Shown in pieces: positions 27,119 through 38,688 of a stretch of 64,000 nt of DNA (its first letter is position 1; each line of letters starts with the position of its first letter). Source of the DNA: an uncultured Fibrobacterota bacterium (GTDB taxonomy: Bacteria > Fibrobacterota > Chitinivibrionia > Chitinivibrionales > FEN-1185). The stretch lies in the NCBI GenBank assembly GCA_963729895.1, contig CAVSQB010000005.1:377943-441942 (forward strand), read 5' to 3'. The notes below the pieces were generated by a model. It did not search any database and had not been told where the DNA came from. It was given only the letters and a program-made list of their open reading frames with translations. The position numbers and the translations under genes were made by a program.

Positions 27119-28368
27119 CGAGCAAGACAGGCAAGGCCAACTAAGCAATCAGAAATTCCTGTCAAGAAAAGTCGACCATCTCAAGCACGGTGGGTCAGTT
27201 CAAGGCTTTGCTTGACTTCTGAAGCTATGTAAGGTGATTCAACGATTCTTTGATAGGGAGTTTTCGGTTCTTCATAGGTCTTGCGGTATCGAGATCCTAT
27301 CCGGATTTTAGATTTGAGTTTCAGCGATGGACAGAAGTGGTTTTGATAGAGAGACCACTCGTTGGCATAGAGGTCGTTAATGAGGGGAAGCGTGTCGGGG
27401 TTTTCGATCCGATCATAACCAAGCATGTGCCTGGCCTGCGCCCAGTTTTTCTGTTCGACATGGGCGTTGTCGTTTTTCTTGTAGGGACGTGACCGGGTGA
27501 ACTTTACAGGGTCTTGTCGCACGGCGAAGTAGCGTTCGAGATGATAGTTGAGGAACTCGGACCCGTTATCACAGTCAAAGCCACGCAGGGCAAAAGGTAT
27601 TCGTCGTTCGATGTCTTTAACCTGCTCAATGACACCCTGGGAGCCCTTATTCCACACAGCACGGCCTTCGGTCCAAGCAGTATGGATGTCAGTCATGATA
27701 AGGCTCCACACAAATTCTCCGGCAAGGCTGGTGCCGCAATGGGCAACCGTATCCGCCTCCATGAATCCAGGCTGGGTAATATCCCAGTTGTCGGTACGGA
27801 TGGGGATTTGATTGCGCAGCATGGAGCCGGGCTTGGTGCCGCACAATCCCTTGCCCATACGCGTACGTAAAGGGCATAGGACGCGGTCAAGCGTGGAGCG
27901 GCTGACAGAGAGGAGCCGCGCACGGACTTCCTCGGAAAGCAGTTCAAAGGATTGTTCGTAGAATGGCAGCCATACTGGAATGACAACCTTAAGGCGGCGA
28001 GAGCACATGAAATCAGAGGCTTTCCAGATGTACTGTAACGCCTTAATAAAAAGCGGTTCAGCATATAAGGGTCTTCTTCCACGCTTGGCTTTTTGTTTCT
28101 GTTTGCGTTTTCCAAGTAGCCGGATAGCGTACTTGCGATTGTATCGGCAAATCGCACAAAACTCATCGAGAATCTGCTTTTTGCCGGCTCTGTTGGAATG
28201 GGCATATCGTTGTCGTATCGCTTCCCGATATGCTTCTTTTTCTTTGTGCCCCATAGTGGTAACCCCCTTAATTATGAGGCAACGAATCAATTGGTGCGTG
28301 TTTCGATTAAGCCTTCGGTTACATTTAATTTGAGGCAATGCGTGTCTTTTGCTTGCTTTTGAAAGTCC

Positions 28369-28397
28369 TTGACACAAAGGCCCATTTGTGGTATATT
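28369..28397 (+). promoter_or_regulatory. Sigma70-type promoter of groES
   Basis: TTGACA-17 bp-TATATT with an extended -10 TG. Confidence 0.8.
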
Positions 28398-28399
28398 TG

Positions 28400-28426
28400 T
28401 TAGCACTCAATCCTAGTGAGTGCTAA
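28400..28426 (+). promoter_or_regulatory. CIRCE operator (HrcA binding site)
   Basis: Perfect TTAGCACTC-N9-GAGTGCTAA. Confidence 0.97.
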
Positions 28427-28475
28427 TAATCGTATTCTTTATTAAACCAAACCACCTTTTTAAGGAGGAGCAGTT

Positions 28476-28760
28476 ATGAACGTAAAGCCATTAGCCGACC
28501 GGATTCTTGTGAAGCCCTTGGAAGCGGAAGAAAAAACAAAGGGCGGGATCATTATCCCGGACAATGCAAAAGAGAAGCCCCAGAAGGGTGAAGTGATGGC
28601 CGTTGGCCCGGGCAAGATCGCGGACAACGGTCAAAAGATCGCCATGGAACTCAAGAAAGGCGACAAGGTTCTCTACGGCAAGTATTCCGGAACGGAAGTG
28701 ACTGTTGACGGGCAGGAATATCTCATCGTGAAGGAAAGCGACGTTCTGGCCGTTATCTGA
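28476..28760 (+). CDS. groES: Co-chaperonin GroES
   Basis: [30 protein letters not shown]. Confidence 0.98.
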   Translation: MNVKPLADRILVKPLEAEEKTKGGIIIPDNAKEKPQKGEVMAVGPGKIADNGQKIAMELKKGDKVLYGKYSGTEVTVDGQEYLIVKESDVLAVI

Positions 28761-28834
28761 CGGTTTTACGCGCACCGGGAAGACGAACAATAGTACCATC
28801 TATTTACCATTAAATAAAACAGGAGACGTTCATT

Positions 28835-30493
28835 ATGTCAGCAAAGCAATTAGCATTTGATGTCGTAGCCAGGGAAAAACTGCTCAGGGGAATCGATATT
28901 CTCGCCAATGCGGTGAAAGTGACGCTGGGCCCCCGCGGCCGCAACGTTGTTCTTGACAAGAGCTTTGGCTCGCCGATCATCACAAAAGACGGTGTGACCG
29001 TTGCAAAAGAAATCGAGCTGGAAGACAAATTCGAGAATATGGGCGCACAACTGGTGAAGGAAGTCGCGTCCAAGACATCGGATATCGCCGGTGACGGGAC
29101 GACAACGGCGACCGTGCTTGCACAGGCGCTTGCGCGCCAGGGAATCAAGACCGTAACTGCCGGCGCAAACGCAATGGCGGTCAAGCGCGGCATCGACAAG
29201 GCCGTCAAGACAATTATCGAGGACCTCAAGAAACAGTCCAAACCCATTGCCGGCAAGAAGGAAATTTCGCAGGTTGCCGCAATATCGGCGAACAACGACC
29301 AGACCATCGGCGAGCTCATTGCCGATGCAATGGAAAAAGTGGGCAAAGACGGCGTCATTACGGTCGAAGAGGCAAAGAGCATCGACACGACCCTCGAGGT
29401 TGTTGAGGGAATGCAGTTCGACCGGGGATATGTTTCTCCGTATTTTGTCACCAATTCCGACACCATGGAATGCCTTCTCGAAGAGCCCCTCATTCTTATC
29501 CACGACAAGAAGATCAGCGCCATGAAAGACTTGCTTCCCCTGCTTGAAAAAACGGCGCAGATGGGAAAGAGCCTGCTTCTGATCGCCGAGGAAGTTGAAG
29601 GCGAAGCGCTGGCGACCCTGGTGGTCAACAAGCTGCGCGGTACGCTTAAAGTCGCGGCTGTAAAGGCCCCGGGTTTCGGCGACCGCAGAAAGGCGATGCT
29701 CGAGGACATTGCCGTTCTCACGGGCGGGATCGTGATTTCCGAAGAGGCCGGCTTCAAACTGGAGAACACGACGGTGGATTCGCTCGGCAAGGCCAAGCGG
29801 ATAACGATTGACAAAGAGAATACCACGATCATCGAGGGCGCGGGCAAGAAGGAAGACATCAAAGGCCGCGTGAACCAGATCCGCAAGCAGATAGACGAGA
29901 CCACGTCGGACTACGACAAAGAAAAGCTCCAGGAACGGCTTGCCAAACTGGCGGGCGGAGTGGCAGTCGTCAATATCGGCGCGGCCACCGAAACGGAAAT
30001 GAAGGAAAAGAAGGCGCGCGTTGAAGACGCACTGCACGCGACCCGTGCCGCGGTCGAGGAAGGCATTGTGGCGGGTGGCGGCGTTGCGCTTATCCGTGCA
30101 GCCGCTTCGCTCGATGCTCTTAAGGTTGAAGGGGACGAGAAGATCGGCGTCGACATCATCCGCAGGGCAGCCGAGGAACCTCTCCGCTGGATCGTGCAGA
30201 ACGCGGGCATGGAACCCTCGGTTGTGGCCAACGAAGTCAAGAACCATAAGGGCGGATACGGTTTCAACGCCTACACGTGCAAGTACGAAGACCTGCTTGC
30301 CGCCGGCGTCATCGACCCGACCAAGGTCGTTCGCTCAGCGCTTGAAAACGCATCGTCCATCGCAGGCCTGATTTTGACCACCGAATGCATCGTCACCGAA
30401 AAGCCCAAAGAAGAAAAAGAGCCTGCTGCTGGTATGGGCGGCGGCGGCATGGGCGGAATGGGTGGCATGGGCGGAATGGGAGATATGTACTAA
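28835..30493 (+). CDS. groEL: Chaperonin GroEL
   Basis: [31 protein letters not shown] tail. Confidence 0.99.
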   Translation: MSAKQLAFDVVAREKLLRGIDILANAVKVTLGPRGRNVVLDKSFGSPIITKDGVTVAKEIELEDKFENMGAQLVKEVASKTSDIAGDGTTTATVLAQALARQGIKTVTAGANAMAVKRGIDKAVKTIIEDLKKQSKPIAGKKEISQVAAISANNDQTIGELIADAMEKVGKDGVITVEEAKSIDTTLEVVEGMQFDRGYVSPYFVTNSDTMECLLEEPLILIHDKKISAMKDLLPLLEKTAQMGKSLLLIAEEVEGEALATLVVNKLRGTLKVAAVKAPGFGDRRKAMLEDIAVLTGGIVISEEAGFKLENTTVDSLGKAKRITIDKENTTIIEGAGKKEDIKGRVNQIRKQIDETTSDYDKEKLQERLAKLAGGVAVVNIGAATETEMKEKKARVEDALHATRAAVEEGIVAGGGVALIRAAASLDALKVEGDEKIGVDIIRRAAEEPLRWIVQNAGMEPSVVANEVKNHKGGYGFNAYTCKYEDLLAAGVIDPTKVVRSALENASSIAGLILTTECIVTEKPKEEKEPAAGMGGGGMGGMGGMGGMGDMY

Positions 30494-30684
30494 GGGGTGG
30501 TGGAACCTGAAATTCTTGCCTTGTCTTCTCGTTGGAACTTTTGCCGTGAGTGTGAGAGGACGCCCCGTTATGGGGCAAGAGTGGAAGGGAAAGCCGCTGG
30601 TCGGCGCCGGGCAATTCCGGTGCGGAATTCTTTTGACAAGAGCCATGGGGAGGAACGCCTCCCCATGGCCATCGTACTTTTGCT

Positions 30685-31722
30685 ATGAATGAAGAACTTC
30701 TATCGGATCGCGAACACCACGTGCTTGAGGCGGTCGTCCGGAATTACATACTGAGCGCCTCCCCCACTGGCTCGCGTTTTTTGTCCAAACAGCCCGACTT
30801 CGATTTTTCACCGGCGACGATCCGCAATATCATGGGAGATCTCGAAGAACGCGGCTTCATTTCGCAGCCTCATACATCCGCCGGACGCATTCCCACCGAC
30901 AAAGGATACCGGTACTACGTAGACCGGATGATGAAATCGATGGAACTTCCAAGGGAAGTGAAAGACCAGATCAAGAGTTACCTGTCGCGCGTGGAGCCCT
31001 CGGACCTTCATCTGCTTATGGAAGCCACATCAAAGGCGTTGTCCCGGGCTTCGCATCTGTTTGGCATCATACTTGCGCCCAAGCTTTCCAGCGGCGTGTT
31101 CCGCCACGTGCATATTTATTCCATAGAATCGCAGCGCGTTTTGCTGCATCTCACCATCGACTCCGGGTTCGTGAAGACCATGGTGCTCGAACTGAAGACC
31201 GAGGTGGACGCGTCCCGGCTCGAACGCGCGTGCCAGGTGATCAACGAACGGTTTTTTGGGCTCACGCTTGAAGACATGCTTGCACACGACGAAACTATTT
31301 TCACCAACATGGAAACGTGCGAGCTGGGGCTCATACGGCTCTTTGTCCCATCCATCAAGAAGCTTATAGAATCAGGGCTCGACGAGGCGGTGTTTACAGA
31401 AGGTGAAACGAACATCGTCGTGCAGCCGGAGTTTTCTTCCAAAGACCAGGTAAGCGGGATAATCGAGATTCTTGAAGAGAAAAGGCTGCTGCTGCACCTT
31501 TTTGAGAAGGAACAGGCACATAAGTCGGGCGTTATCATTTCCATCGGGAGGGAAAATTCAGAAGGCCAGCTCCAGTCGTTTTCGGTTATCAAGACCCACT
31601 ACCGCGTGGGGCACCTGGAAGGTAGCCTGGGCGTCATAGGTCCCAAGCGCATGCCGTACCCGTTTCTCGTGTCGGCGGTCGACTATACGGCAAAGCTGCT
31701 CGGGCAGATGTATTCGGATTGA
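30685..31722 (+). CDS. hrcA: Heat-inducible transcription repressor
   Basis: SPATIRNIMGDLEERG, PHTSAGRIPTDKGYRYYVD, GVIGPKRMPY. Confidence 0.96.
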   Translation: MNEELLSDREHHVLEAVVRNYILSASPTGSRFLSKQPDFDFSPATIRNIMGDLEERGFISQPHTSAGRIPTDKGYRYYVDRMMKSMELPREVKDQIKSYLSRVEPSDLHLLMEATSKALSRASHLFGIILAPKLSSGVFRHVHIYSIESQRVLLHLTIDSGFVKTMVLELKTEVDASRLERACQVINERFFGLTLEDMLAHDETIFTNMETCELGLIRLFVPSIKKLIESGLDEAVFTEGETNIVVQPEFSSKDQVSGIIEILEEKRLLLHLFEKEQAHKSGVIISIGRENSEGQLQSFSVIKTHYRVGHLEGSLGVIGPKRMPYPFLVSAVDYTAKLLGQMYSD

Positions 31723-31750
31723 GGAGAAATCAGCAGCAAGGAAAGATTTC

Positions 31751-32512
31751 ATGGAACAGCAGAATAACAATTTGAAACAGGACAAACCGGAACACGGAAA
31801 TAATCATTCACACAATCATTCAGCGCGCCCGCATCTACCGGACGGCGACGGCAAGCCCGGAGGCAAGGGACCCGGTCCGGCTTCCGATGGCCCGGGCGGC
31901 CAGAACGTGGCCGGCCAGCAGCCGGTCTCGCACAAGGAAAACGACCGGCAGAACAATGACAAGGCGACCATCGACGACCTTTCATCGCGGCTCGATGCCG
32001 CCAACGACAAATACCTCCGGCTCATGGCGGAATTCGACAATTTCAAGCGTAGAACGGCAAAGGAATATCAGCAGCTCATCGAACAGGCAAACGAAAAGCT
32101 GATGAAGGATATTCTTGACGTTCGAGAAGGTTTCGAGCGGGCGTTCAAGTCGCACCAGGAAGGCTCTGACCTGCGGCCTTTTATGGACGGTATGAAGATG
32201 ATTTTCACGAAACTCGACAATGTGCTGCACAAGCACGGGCTCGAAATATACAGCGAAACAGGGCAGGAGTTCGACCCGCAGTTGCACGATGCCATGATGA
32301 AATCGGCGCACCACGAGATTCCCGAGCACCACATTGCCGAGGTGCTCGAAAAGGGCTACAAGCTCAGAGGGAAGGTGATTAAGCACTCGCGCGTGATCGT
32401 GTCGAGCGGCAAGCCCGAGGCCGGCCTGCCGGCGCAAACTGAAGATAACGAGGCCAAAGCGGCGTTCGAGAGCGAAGCACAGGAGCAGGATCCCGAACAA
32501 GCCTGCCCTTGA
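31751..32512 (+). CDS. grpE: Nucleotide exchange factor GrpE
   Basis: LRLMAEFDNFKRR, FDPQLHDA, KGYKLRGKVIK. Confidence 0.95.
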   Translation: MEQQNNNLKQDKPEHGNNHSHNHSARPHLPDGDGKPGGKGPGPASDGPGGQNVAGQQPVSHKENDRQNNDKATIDDLSSRLDAANDKYLRLMAEFDNFKRRTAKEYQQLIEQANEKLMKDILDVREGFERAFKSHQEGSDLRPFMDGMKMIFTKLDNVLHKHGLEIYSETGQEFDPQLHDAMMKSAHHEIPEHHIAEVLEKGYKLRGKVIKHSRVIVSSGKPEAGLPAQTEDNEAKAAFESEAQEQDPEQACP

Positions 32513-32515
32513 TGA

Positions 32516-34516
<2,001 letters not shown>

Positions 34517-34720
34517 AAGGAATTATTAACGCACGGGGTATTTTAGAAAATAACGTTCAAGAGGTGGAAGGGCCTCGCCGGCCCTTAGACCCGGCAAGGA
34601 AAATGCTTATTATGACGCCCCACCAACCTCCCCCAAGGGGAGGCTATTTCGGTGGGGCGGTTTACTTGAGAACATTCGGAAGCGATCGTAAATAACTTTG
34701 CAAAACAGAGAAACGCACCC

Positions 34721-34813
34721 ATGGCCTTGAAAGACTTCTGCGAAGTTCTCGGCGTCCCCAAAAACGCCCCTGAATCCGACCTCGCGCGGCCCTCTAGGAA
34801 AACTCGGTCATGA
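34721..34813 (+). pseudogene. Degenerate duplicate of the dnaJ 5' end (30-codon mini-ORF) overlapping the fic start (ATGA)
   Basis: MALKDFCEVLGVPKNAPESDLARPSRK vs Dna[28 protein letters not shown]. Confidence 0.8.
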
Positions 34814-35856
34814 AATCCTTCGAACACGACTACCTGCTGGATACTCCTATCTCGCATCAGCTTCTTTCGAGCGTAAGAATGCTCGGAGAATATCGCGGCC
34901 GGCAGACGCTTTATGGTGAACAGTCGCCGGAAGTACTTGAGACGCTCACGCGTGCGGCAATCATACAGAGCGCCGAATCTTCAAACCGTATTGAAGGAAT
35001 AACAGCCGGGCATGGCCGGATAGAAAAGCTTGTCCTTGAGAAAGCCAAGCCGCAGGACAGGTCCGAACAGGAGATCACCGGTTATAGAGACGTGCTCAAT
35101 GCCATACACGTTAACCATTCACGAATGAGCCTTTCTCCCGATCTTCTGCTTGAGTGGCACGCGATGCTCGGCAAATACACCAAAGAGAAAGGCGGGGTGT
35201 GGAAGCCGAAGGACAATGCGGTTCTTGAAGTGCGGCCCGATGGACGGGCGGTTGTCCGGTTCAAAACGGTTTCCGCCCTCGCCACGCCGGAATATATAAA
35301 GAAGCTCATAGATTATTATTCGCGCTTCACCGACAATAACAAATCAGACCAGTTGCTGCTTTTGGCCTCATTCATACTTGATTTCGAATGCATTCACCCG
35401 TTTATGGACGGCAACGGAAGGATCGGCCGCCTTCTGACGCTGTACCTTCTTTACACGGCAGGATACGAGGTCGGCAGGTATATCAGCCTTGAAAGAATAG
35501 TTGAAGGAAGCAAGAAAAGCTACTATGAAGCGCTCCAGAAGAGTTCCCTCAAATGGCACGAGGGCGAACATGATCTCAGACCATGGTGGAACTACTTCAT
35601 CGGAATGTTGACTGCCGCCTATAAGGAATTTGAGGAACGGGTCGGCGCAATCACCGCCGCCAGAGGCGCGAAAAGGGAAATGGTCATGAATGCGGTAAAA
35701 CGGATGACCGGGCGTTTTACCATCGCCGACCTCCGGCGTGCATGCCCTGCGGTGAGTTATCCGACGCTCCAGCGCGCGCTTTTTGAATTGCGGAAAAAGA
35801 ATTTCATCCGGTGCCTCGGACGCGGCCCGGACGCGGAATGGGAAAAAGCAATGTGA
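34810..35856 (+). CDS. Fic family protein (AMPylase-type) with N-terminal autoinhibitory motif and C-terminal winged HTH
   Basis: HPFMDGNGRIGR catalytic motif, SNRIEG (S/TxxxEG) motif, tail 'FTIADLRRACPAVSYPTLQRALFELRKKNFIRCLGRG...W'. Confidence 0.92.
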   Translation: MKSFEHDYLLDTPISHQLLSSVRMLGEYRGRQTLYGEQSPEVLETLTRAAIIQSAESSNRIEGITAGHGRIEKLVLEKAKPQDRSEQEITGYRDVLNAIHVNHSRMSLSPDLLLEWHAMLGKYTKEKGGVWKPKDNAVLEVRPDGRAVVRFKTVSALATPEYIKKLIDYYSRFTDNNKSDQLLLLASFILDFECIHPFMDGNGRIGRLLTLYLLYTAGYEVGRYISLERIVEGSKKSYYEALQKSSLKWHEGEHDLRPWWNYFIGMLTAAYKEFEERVGAITAARGAKREMVMNAVKRMTGRFTIADLRRACPAVSYPTLQRALFELRKKNFIRCLGRGPDAEWEKAM

Positions 35857-35904
35857 TATGATAATCGCATCACGAAATATGTTGGTGATGTGATTATCAT
35901 ATCA
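35854..35904. repeat. AT-rich inverted repeat with 20-bp arms between fic and dnaJ
   Basis: TGATATGATAATCGCATCAC-11 bp-GTGATGTGATTATCATATCA (19/20 match). Confidence 0.85.
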
Positions 35905-35943
35905 TTGTAAGATGACATATTTTTCCAAATAAAGAAAGCCCAA

Positions 35944-37116
35944 ATGCCTCTCAAAGATTTTTACGAAACGCTCGGCGTTCCCAAGAACGCCTCTGAAGAC
36001 GATATCAAGCGGGCATACCGCAAGCTCGCCATGAAATATCACCCGGACAAGAACCCGGGCGACAAGGGCGCCGAGGAGAAGTTCAAGGAAGCGACCCAGG
36101 CGTACGAAATCCTCAAGGACCCCAAGAAGCGCTCGCAATTCGACCAGTTCGGCACTGCCGCGTTCGAAGGGCCCGGCGCCGGCGCGGGCGGCGGATTCGG
36201 CGGATATGGCGGCGCGGGTTTTGACATCTCCGACGCGCTGCGCGCGTTCATGAACGACTTCGGCGGCGACTCGTTCTTTTCCGATTTGTTCGGCATGGGC
36301 GGCGGCGGAGGAGGCAGGCGGCGCGGCGGCAGGCGAGGCGGCGGATCGCGCGGCAACGATTTGCAGGTGCATCTCACGCTCAAGCTTTCCGAAATAGCAA
36401 CAGGTGTCACCAAGACGCTCAAGGTGAAGCGCAAGGACGCCTGCACCGAATGCAAAGGCACCGGATCGAAGAGCGGAAAGCGCGGGACCTGCCAGCACTG
36501 CGGCGGTTCGGGCCGCGTCCAGCACGTATCGAATTCCTTCTTCGGGCAGCTGATCCAGGAATCCGTCTGTCCCGTGTGCCGCGGCGAGGGCCAGATTGTC
36601 GCCGATCCCTGCGCACGGTGTTCCGGCAGCGGCCGCCAGACTGTGGAAACCACGGTTTCGGTGGATATCCCGCCGGGCGTGGCTGAGGGCAATTATATCA
36701 CGGTGACCGGCAAGGGCGATTCGGGACAAAGCGGCGGGCCGGCGGGCGACCTTATTGTGGTGATCCAGGAAGAGCAGGATTCATTCTTCGAGCGTCACGG
36801 CATCGATGTGGTATGCTCCATTGACATCACGTTTTCCGAGGCGGCGCTGGGAGCTTCAAAAACAGTCCCCACACTTGACGGAAAAGTAAGCCTCAAGATC
36901 CCGCCGGGTACGCAATCGGAAAAGATATTCCGGCTCCGCGGCAAGGGTTTGCCCGTGCTGCACAGCTCCCAGCAGGGCGACCAATTGGTGCGGGTGCACG
37001 TGCACACGCCGGAGCATCTTTCCAGGGAAGAACGGGAGCTGCTTGAGAAACTTTCGCAGGTTGAGACAAAAGACAAGGGGAGCTTTGAGAAGTTCAAGGA
37101 ATTTTTTACGCCATAG
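35944..37116 (+). CDS. dnaJ: Chaperone DnaJ
   Basis: HPD motif, G/F-rich region, four CxxCxGxG repeats. Confidence 0.98.
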   Translation: MPLKDFYETLGVPKNASEDDIKRAYRKLAMKYHPDKNPGDKGAEEKFKEATQAYEILKDPKKRSQFDQFGTAAFEGPGAGAGGGFGGYGGAGFDISDALRAFMNDFGGDSFFSDLFGMGGGGGGRRRGGRRGGGSRGNDLQVHLTLKLSEIATGVTKTLKVKRKDACTECKGTGSKSGKRGTCQHCGGSGRVQHVSNSFFGQLIQESVCPVCRGEGQIVADPCARCSGSGRQTVETTVSVDIPPGVAEGNYITVTGKGDSGQSGGPAGDLIVVIQEEQDSFFERHGIDVVCSIDITFSEAALGASKTVPTLDGKVSLKIPPGTQSEKIFRLRGKGLPVLHSSQQGDQLVRVHVHTPEHLSREERELLEKLSQVETKDKGSFEKFKEFFTP

Positions 37117-37186
37117 GGAACAATTGCGCGATGAGAAGGCGTTGGGAAGAGGAAGTGCGCTTTTGTCTGGAGTGGCTCCTTTCAAC

Positions 37187-37621
37187 TCACCCGAGAGGGT
37201 TAATTGCCCGGATACCTCTGAACTTCAGAAAATCCCTGTCGGCTGTAAAGATGGTGGATACGCCATTTTCTTTGAGCAAAGCCACAATGAGCGCGTCGGT
37301 GATTACGCCTCCCCTTAAATGTCCGCCGAGAATTTCCTTCTTGTAATGTGGCCAAAACTGTTCCGTCTCGGAAATGAGACTTACGTGCGGCAGTTCAAGC
37401 AGCTGGTCGACGATCGCAACCGCCTGCAAAGGGGAAAGCGGGCTGGGCAGTATTCCGCCGTGCGTTGAAATCCCGAGAAACGCGTGAATGACCGGCCACG
37501 GCACAACCCACGTTTCGGTTCCCGACGCCTTCTCTTCCACGAATTGCCGGGCCTTCTCGTGGAATTCGGAATCCTGGTTTACCGCATACAATAGGATATT
37601 CGCATCCGTTGAAAAGCTCAT
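37187..37621 (-). CDS. VapC PIN-domain toxin
   Basis: STDANILLYA, ITDALIVAL, IFTADRDF. Confidence 0.88.
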   Translation of the reverse strand: MSFSTDANILLYAVNQDSEFHEKARQFVEEKASGTETWVVPWPVIHAFLGISTHGGILPSPLSPLQAVAIVDQLLELPHVSLISETEQFWPHYKKEILGGHLRGGVITDALIVALLKENGVSTIFTADRDFLKFRGIRAINPLG

Positions 37622-37866
37622 TCCGGTCTCTTTTCAACCGCAGACAGAATTGCTTCCTTGTCCTCCAACGGTACATGAGGGGTTCCCATCGAAAAGGTCT
37701 TAAGCGTGAAACGTTTCTGAGGCCTCACAGGTTTCCTTCCTTTGAATCGGATTCCGATTCCCATCAATTCGGATATGGTCTCGCCCAGGGTTCGGTGTTC
37801 TTTGTGGGCGATTTGTTTAGCCGTTTTCAGAACGGATTCATGCAGACAGATTGTGGTGCGGGTCAT
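37618..37866 (-). CDS. VapB-like ribbon-helix-helix antitoxin
   Basis: MTRTTICL...AKQIA..E.RTLGETISEL; stop overlaps the toxin start. Confidence 0.8.
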   Translation of the reverse strand: MTRTTICLHESVLKTAKQIAHKEHRTLGETISELMGIGIRFKGRKPVRPQKRFTLKTFSMGTPHVPLEDKEAILSAVEKRPE

Positions 37867-37897
37867 GGGTTCCCCTTTTCTGAGTACGATAATTACC

Positions 37898-37948
37898 AAT
37901 ATAGCATTTTATTCATCTTGATGCAAGGAGCTATTCATCACGATGAAT
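37898..37948 (-). promoter_or_regulatory. vapBC promoter with tandem palindromic operators
   Basis: Minus strand TTGCAT-17 bp-TATATT; ATTCATC-AC-GATGAAT (37933-37948) and ATTCATC-TT-GATGCAA (37911-37926). Confidence 0.65.
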
Positions 37949-38056
37949 GCATGAGGGGCCTGTTGGGTCTGAGACAATGAGTGAAAAAGCGGGTGAGCGA
38001 ACATCCGCGACACTACGTTGGGAATCCGGCTCGAGTTGGGCGGAGGTAAAGCGGCT

Positions 38057-38620
38057 CTACTTAAAATTCACCTTCTCCAGCGTCTTCCTCAACTGGTTCA
38101 CCTGCGCTGCTATTTCCGGATTCGTGGCCGCCTCTTTTTCAAGGATGTCCACGGCCGCGCCGATTCTTTCGAATACCTCTCGATAATAGCCCGCGAGTGC
38201 GTTGCATTCTGCGGTAAGGTCTTTCATCTCCTCGTCTTCCCTGAATGAGATCTTGGTATTCAGGTTGCCGTTTTTCAACTGCGAGACCCATTTTTCGAAT
38301 TTGTAAATAGGTACCGCCATTTTGCGGGAGGAGAAAAGCCCGATCCCGAGGCCGATCAGAATGCTGAAAACCTGGGCGCCAATCACGCTTGGCAGAATAA
38401 ACTCGAGAATGTTTTCGAGCTCGAGGTCCTGCCGCGTGTCGTTGCTCATGTAGTAGAAACTGCCGTTGTGGGATTTGATGTGGTAGACCAGGGTTAGCGC
38501 CACGGTGGTGACGACGGCCGACAGGAGCACCACGAAGAGGATCTCGAAGATAATCTTCAGTTGGATCGATCTTTTGATGAAGAAGTGGCGGAAAGGCTGC
38601 CGCTCATTTTTTTGCGTCAT
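38057..38620 (-). CDS. Two-TM membrane protein with HAMP domain
   Basis: Two TM helices, 'SRKMAVPIYKFE...GNL...FREDEEMKDL' HAMP pattern, no output domain. Confidence 0.7.
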   Translation of the reverse strand: MTQKNERQPFRHFFIKRSIQLKIIFEILFVVLLSAVVTTVALTLVYHIKSHNGSFYYMSNDTRQDLELENILEFILPSVIGAQVFSILIGLGIGLFSSRKMAVPIYKFEKWVSQLKNGNLNTKISFREDEEMKDLTAECNALAGYYREVFERIGAAVDILEKEAATNPEIAAQVNQLRKTLEKVNFK

Positions 38621-38688
38621 GATGGTACCTGCCGGCTCCGGGCAATCCCCCACGATCACCAAGAACGATCAACTGAATATACGTTATG

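Larger units (their letters stand above)
25831..27183 (+). mobile_element. IS3-family insertion sequence (1353 bp)
   Basis: Terminal IRs TGAGATGGTC...GACCATCTCA; 3-bp target duplication AGC (25828-25830, 27184-27186), confirmed against the uninterrupted copy; orfA/orfB layout. Confidence 0.95.
25732..28254 (-). pseudogene. Transposase of copy 1, split by the IS3 insertion (main part 28254-27184, last ~31 codons 25827-25732)
   Basis: Protein matches 58305-59471 up to ...LELTHRA, then stops in the IS3 end; LNPFQLKK...HRI lies beyond the IS3. Confidence 0.9.
25699..28342 (-). mobile_element. DDE integrase-core IS (ISNCY/IS481-like), copy 1, interrupted by an IS3
   Basis: Matches 58200-59504 in reverse; ends CGCATTGCCTCA / CGTGTTGCCTCA; 5-bp direct repeat TGTCT at 25694-25698 and 28343-28347. 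Confidence 0.92.

Noticed and set aside
28810..30247. Long minus-strand ORFs opposite groEL (similar ones oppose dnaK, ligA, lpdA and rarA)
   Set aside because: Typical antisense open frames of high-GC conserved genes.
30433..30490. GGM-coding repeats at the groEL end (also Gly-Pro repeats at the dnaK end)
   Set aside because: Ordinary low-complexity chaperone tails.
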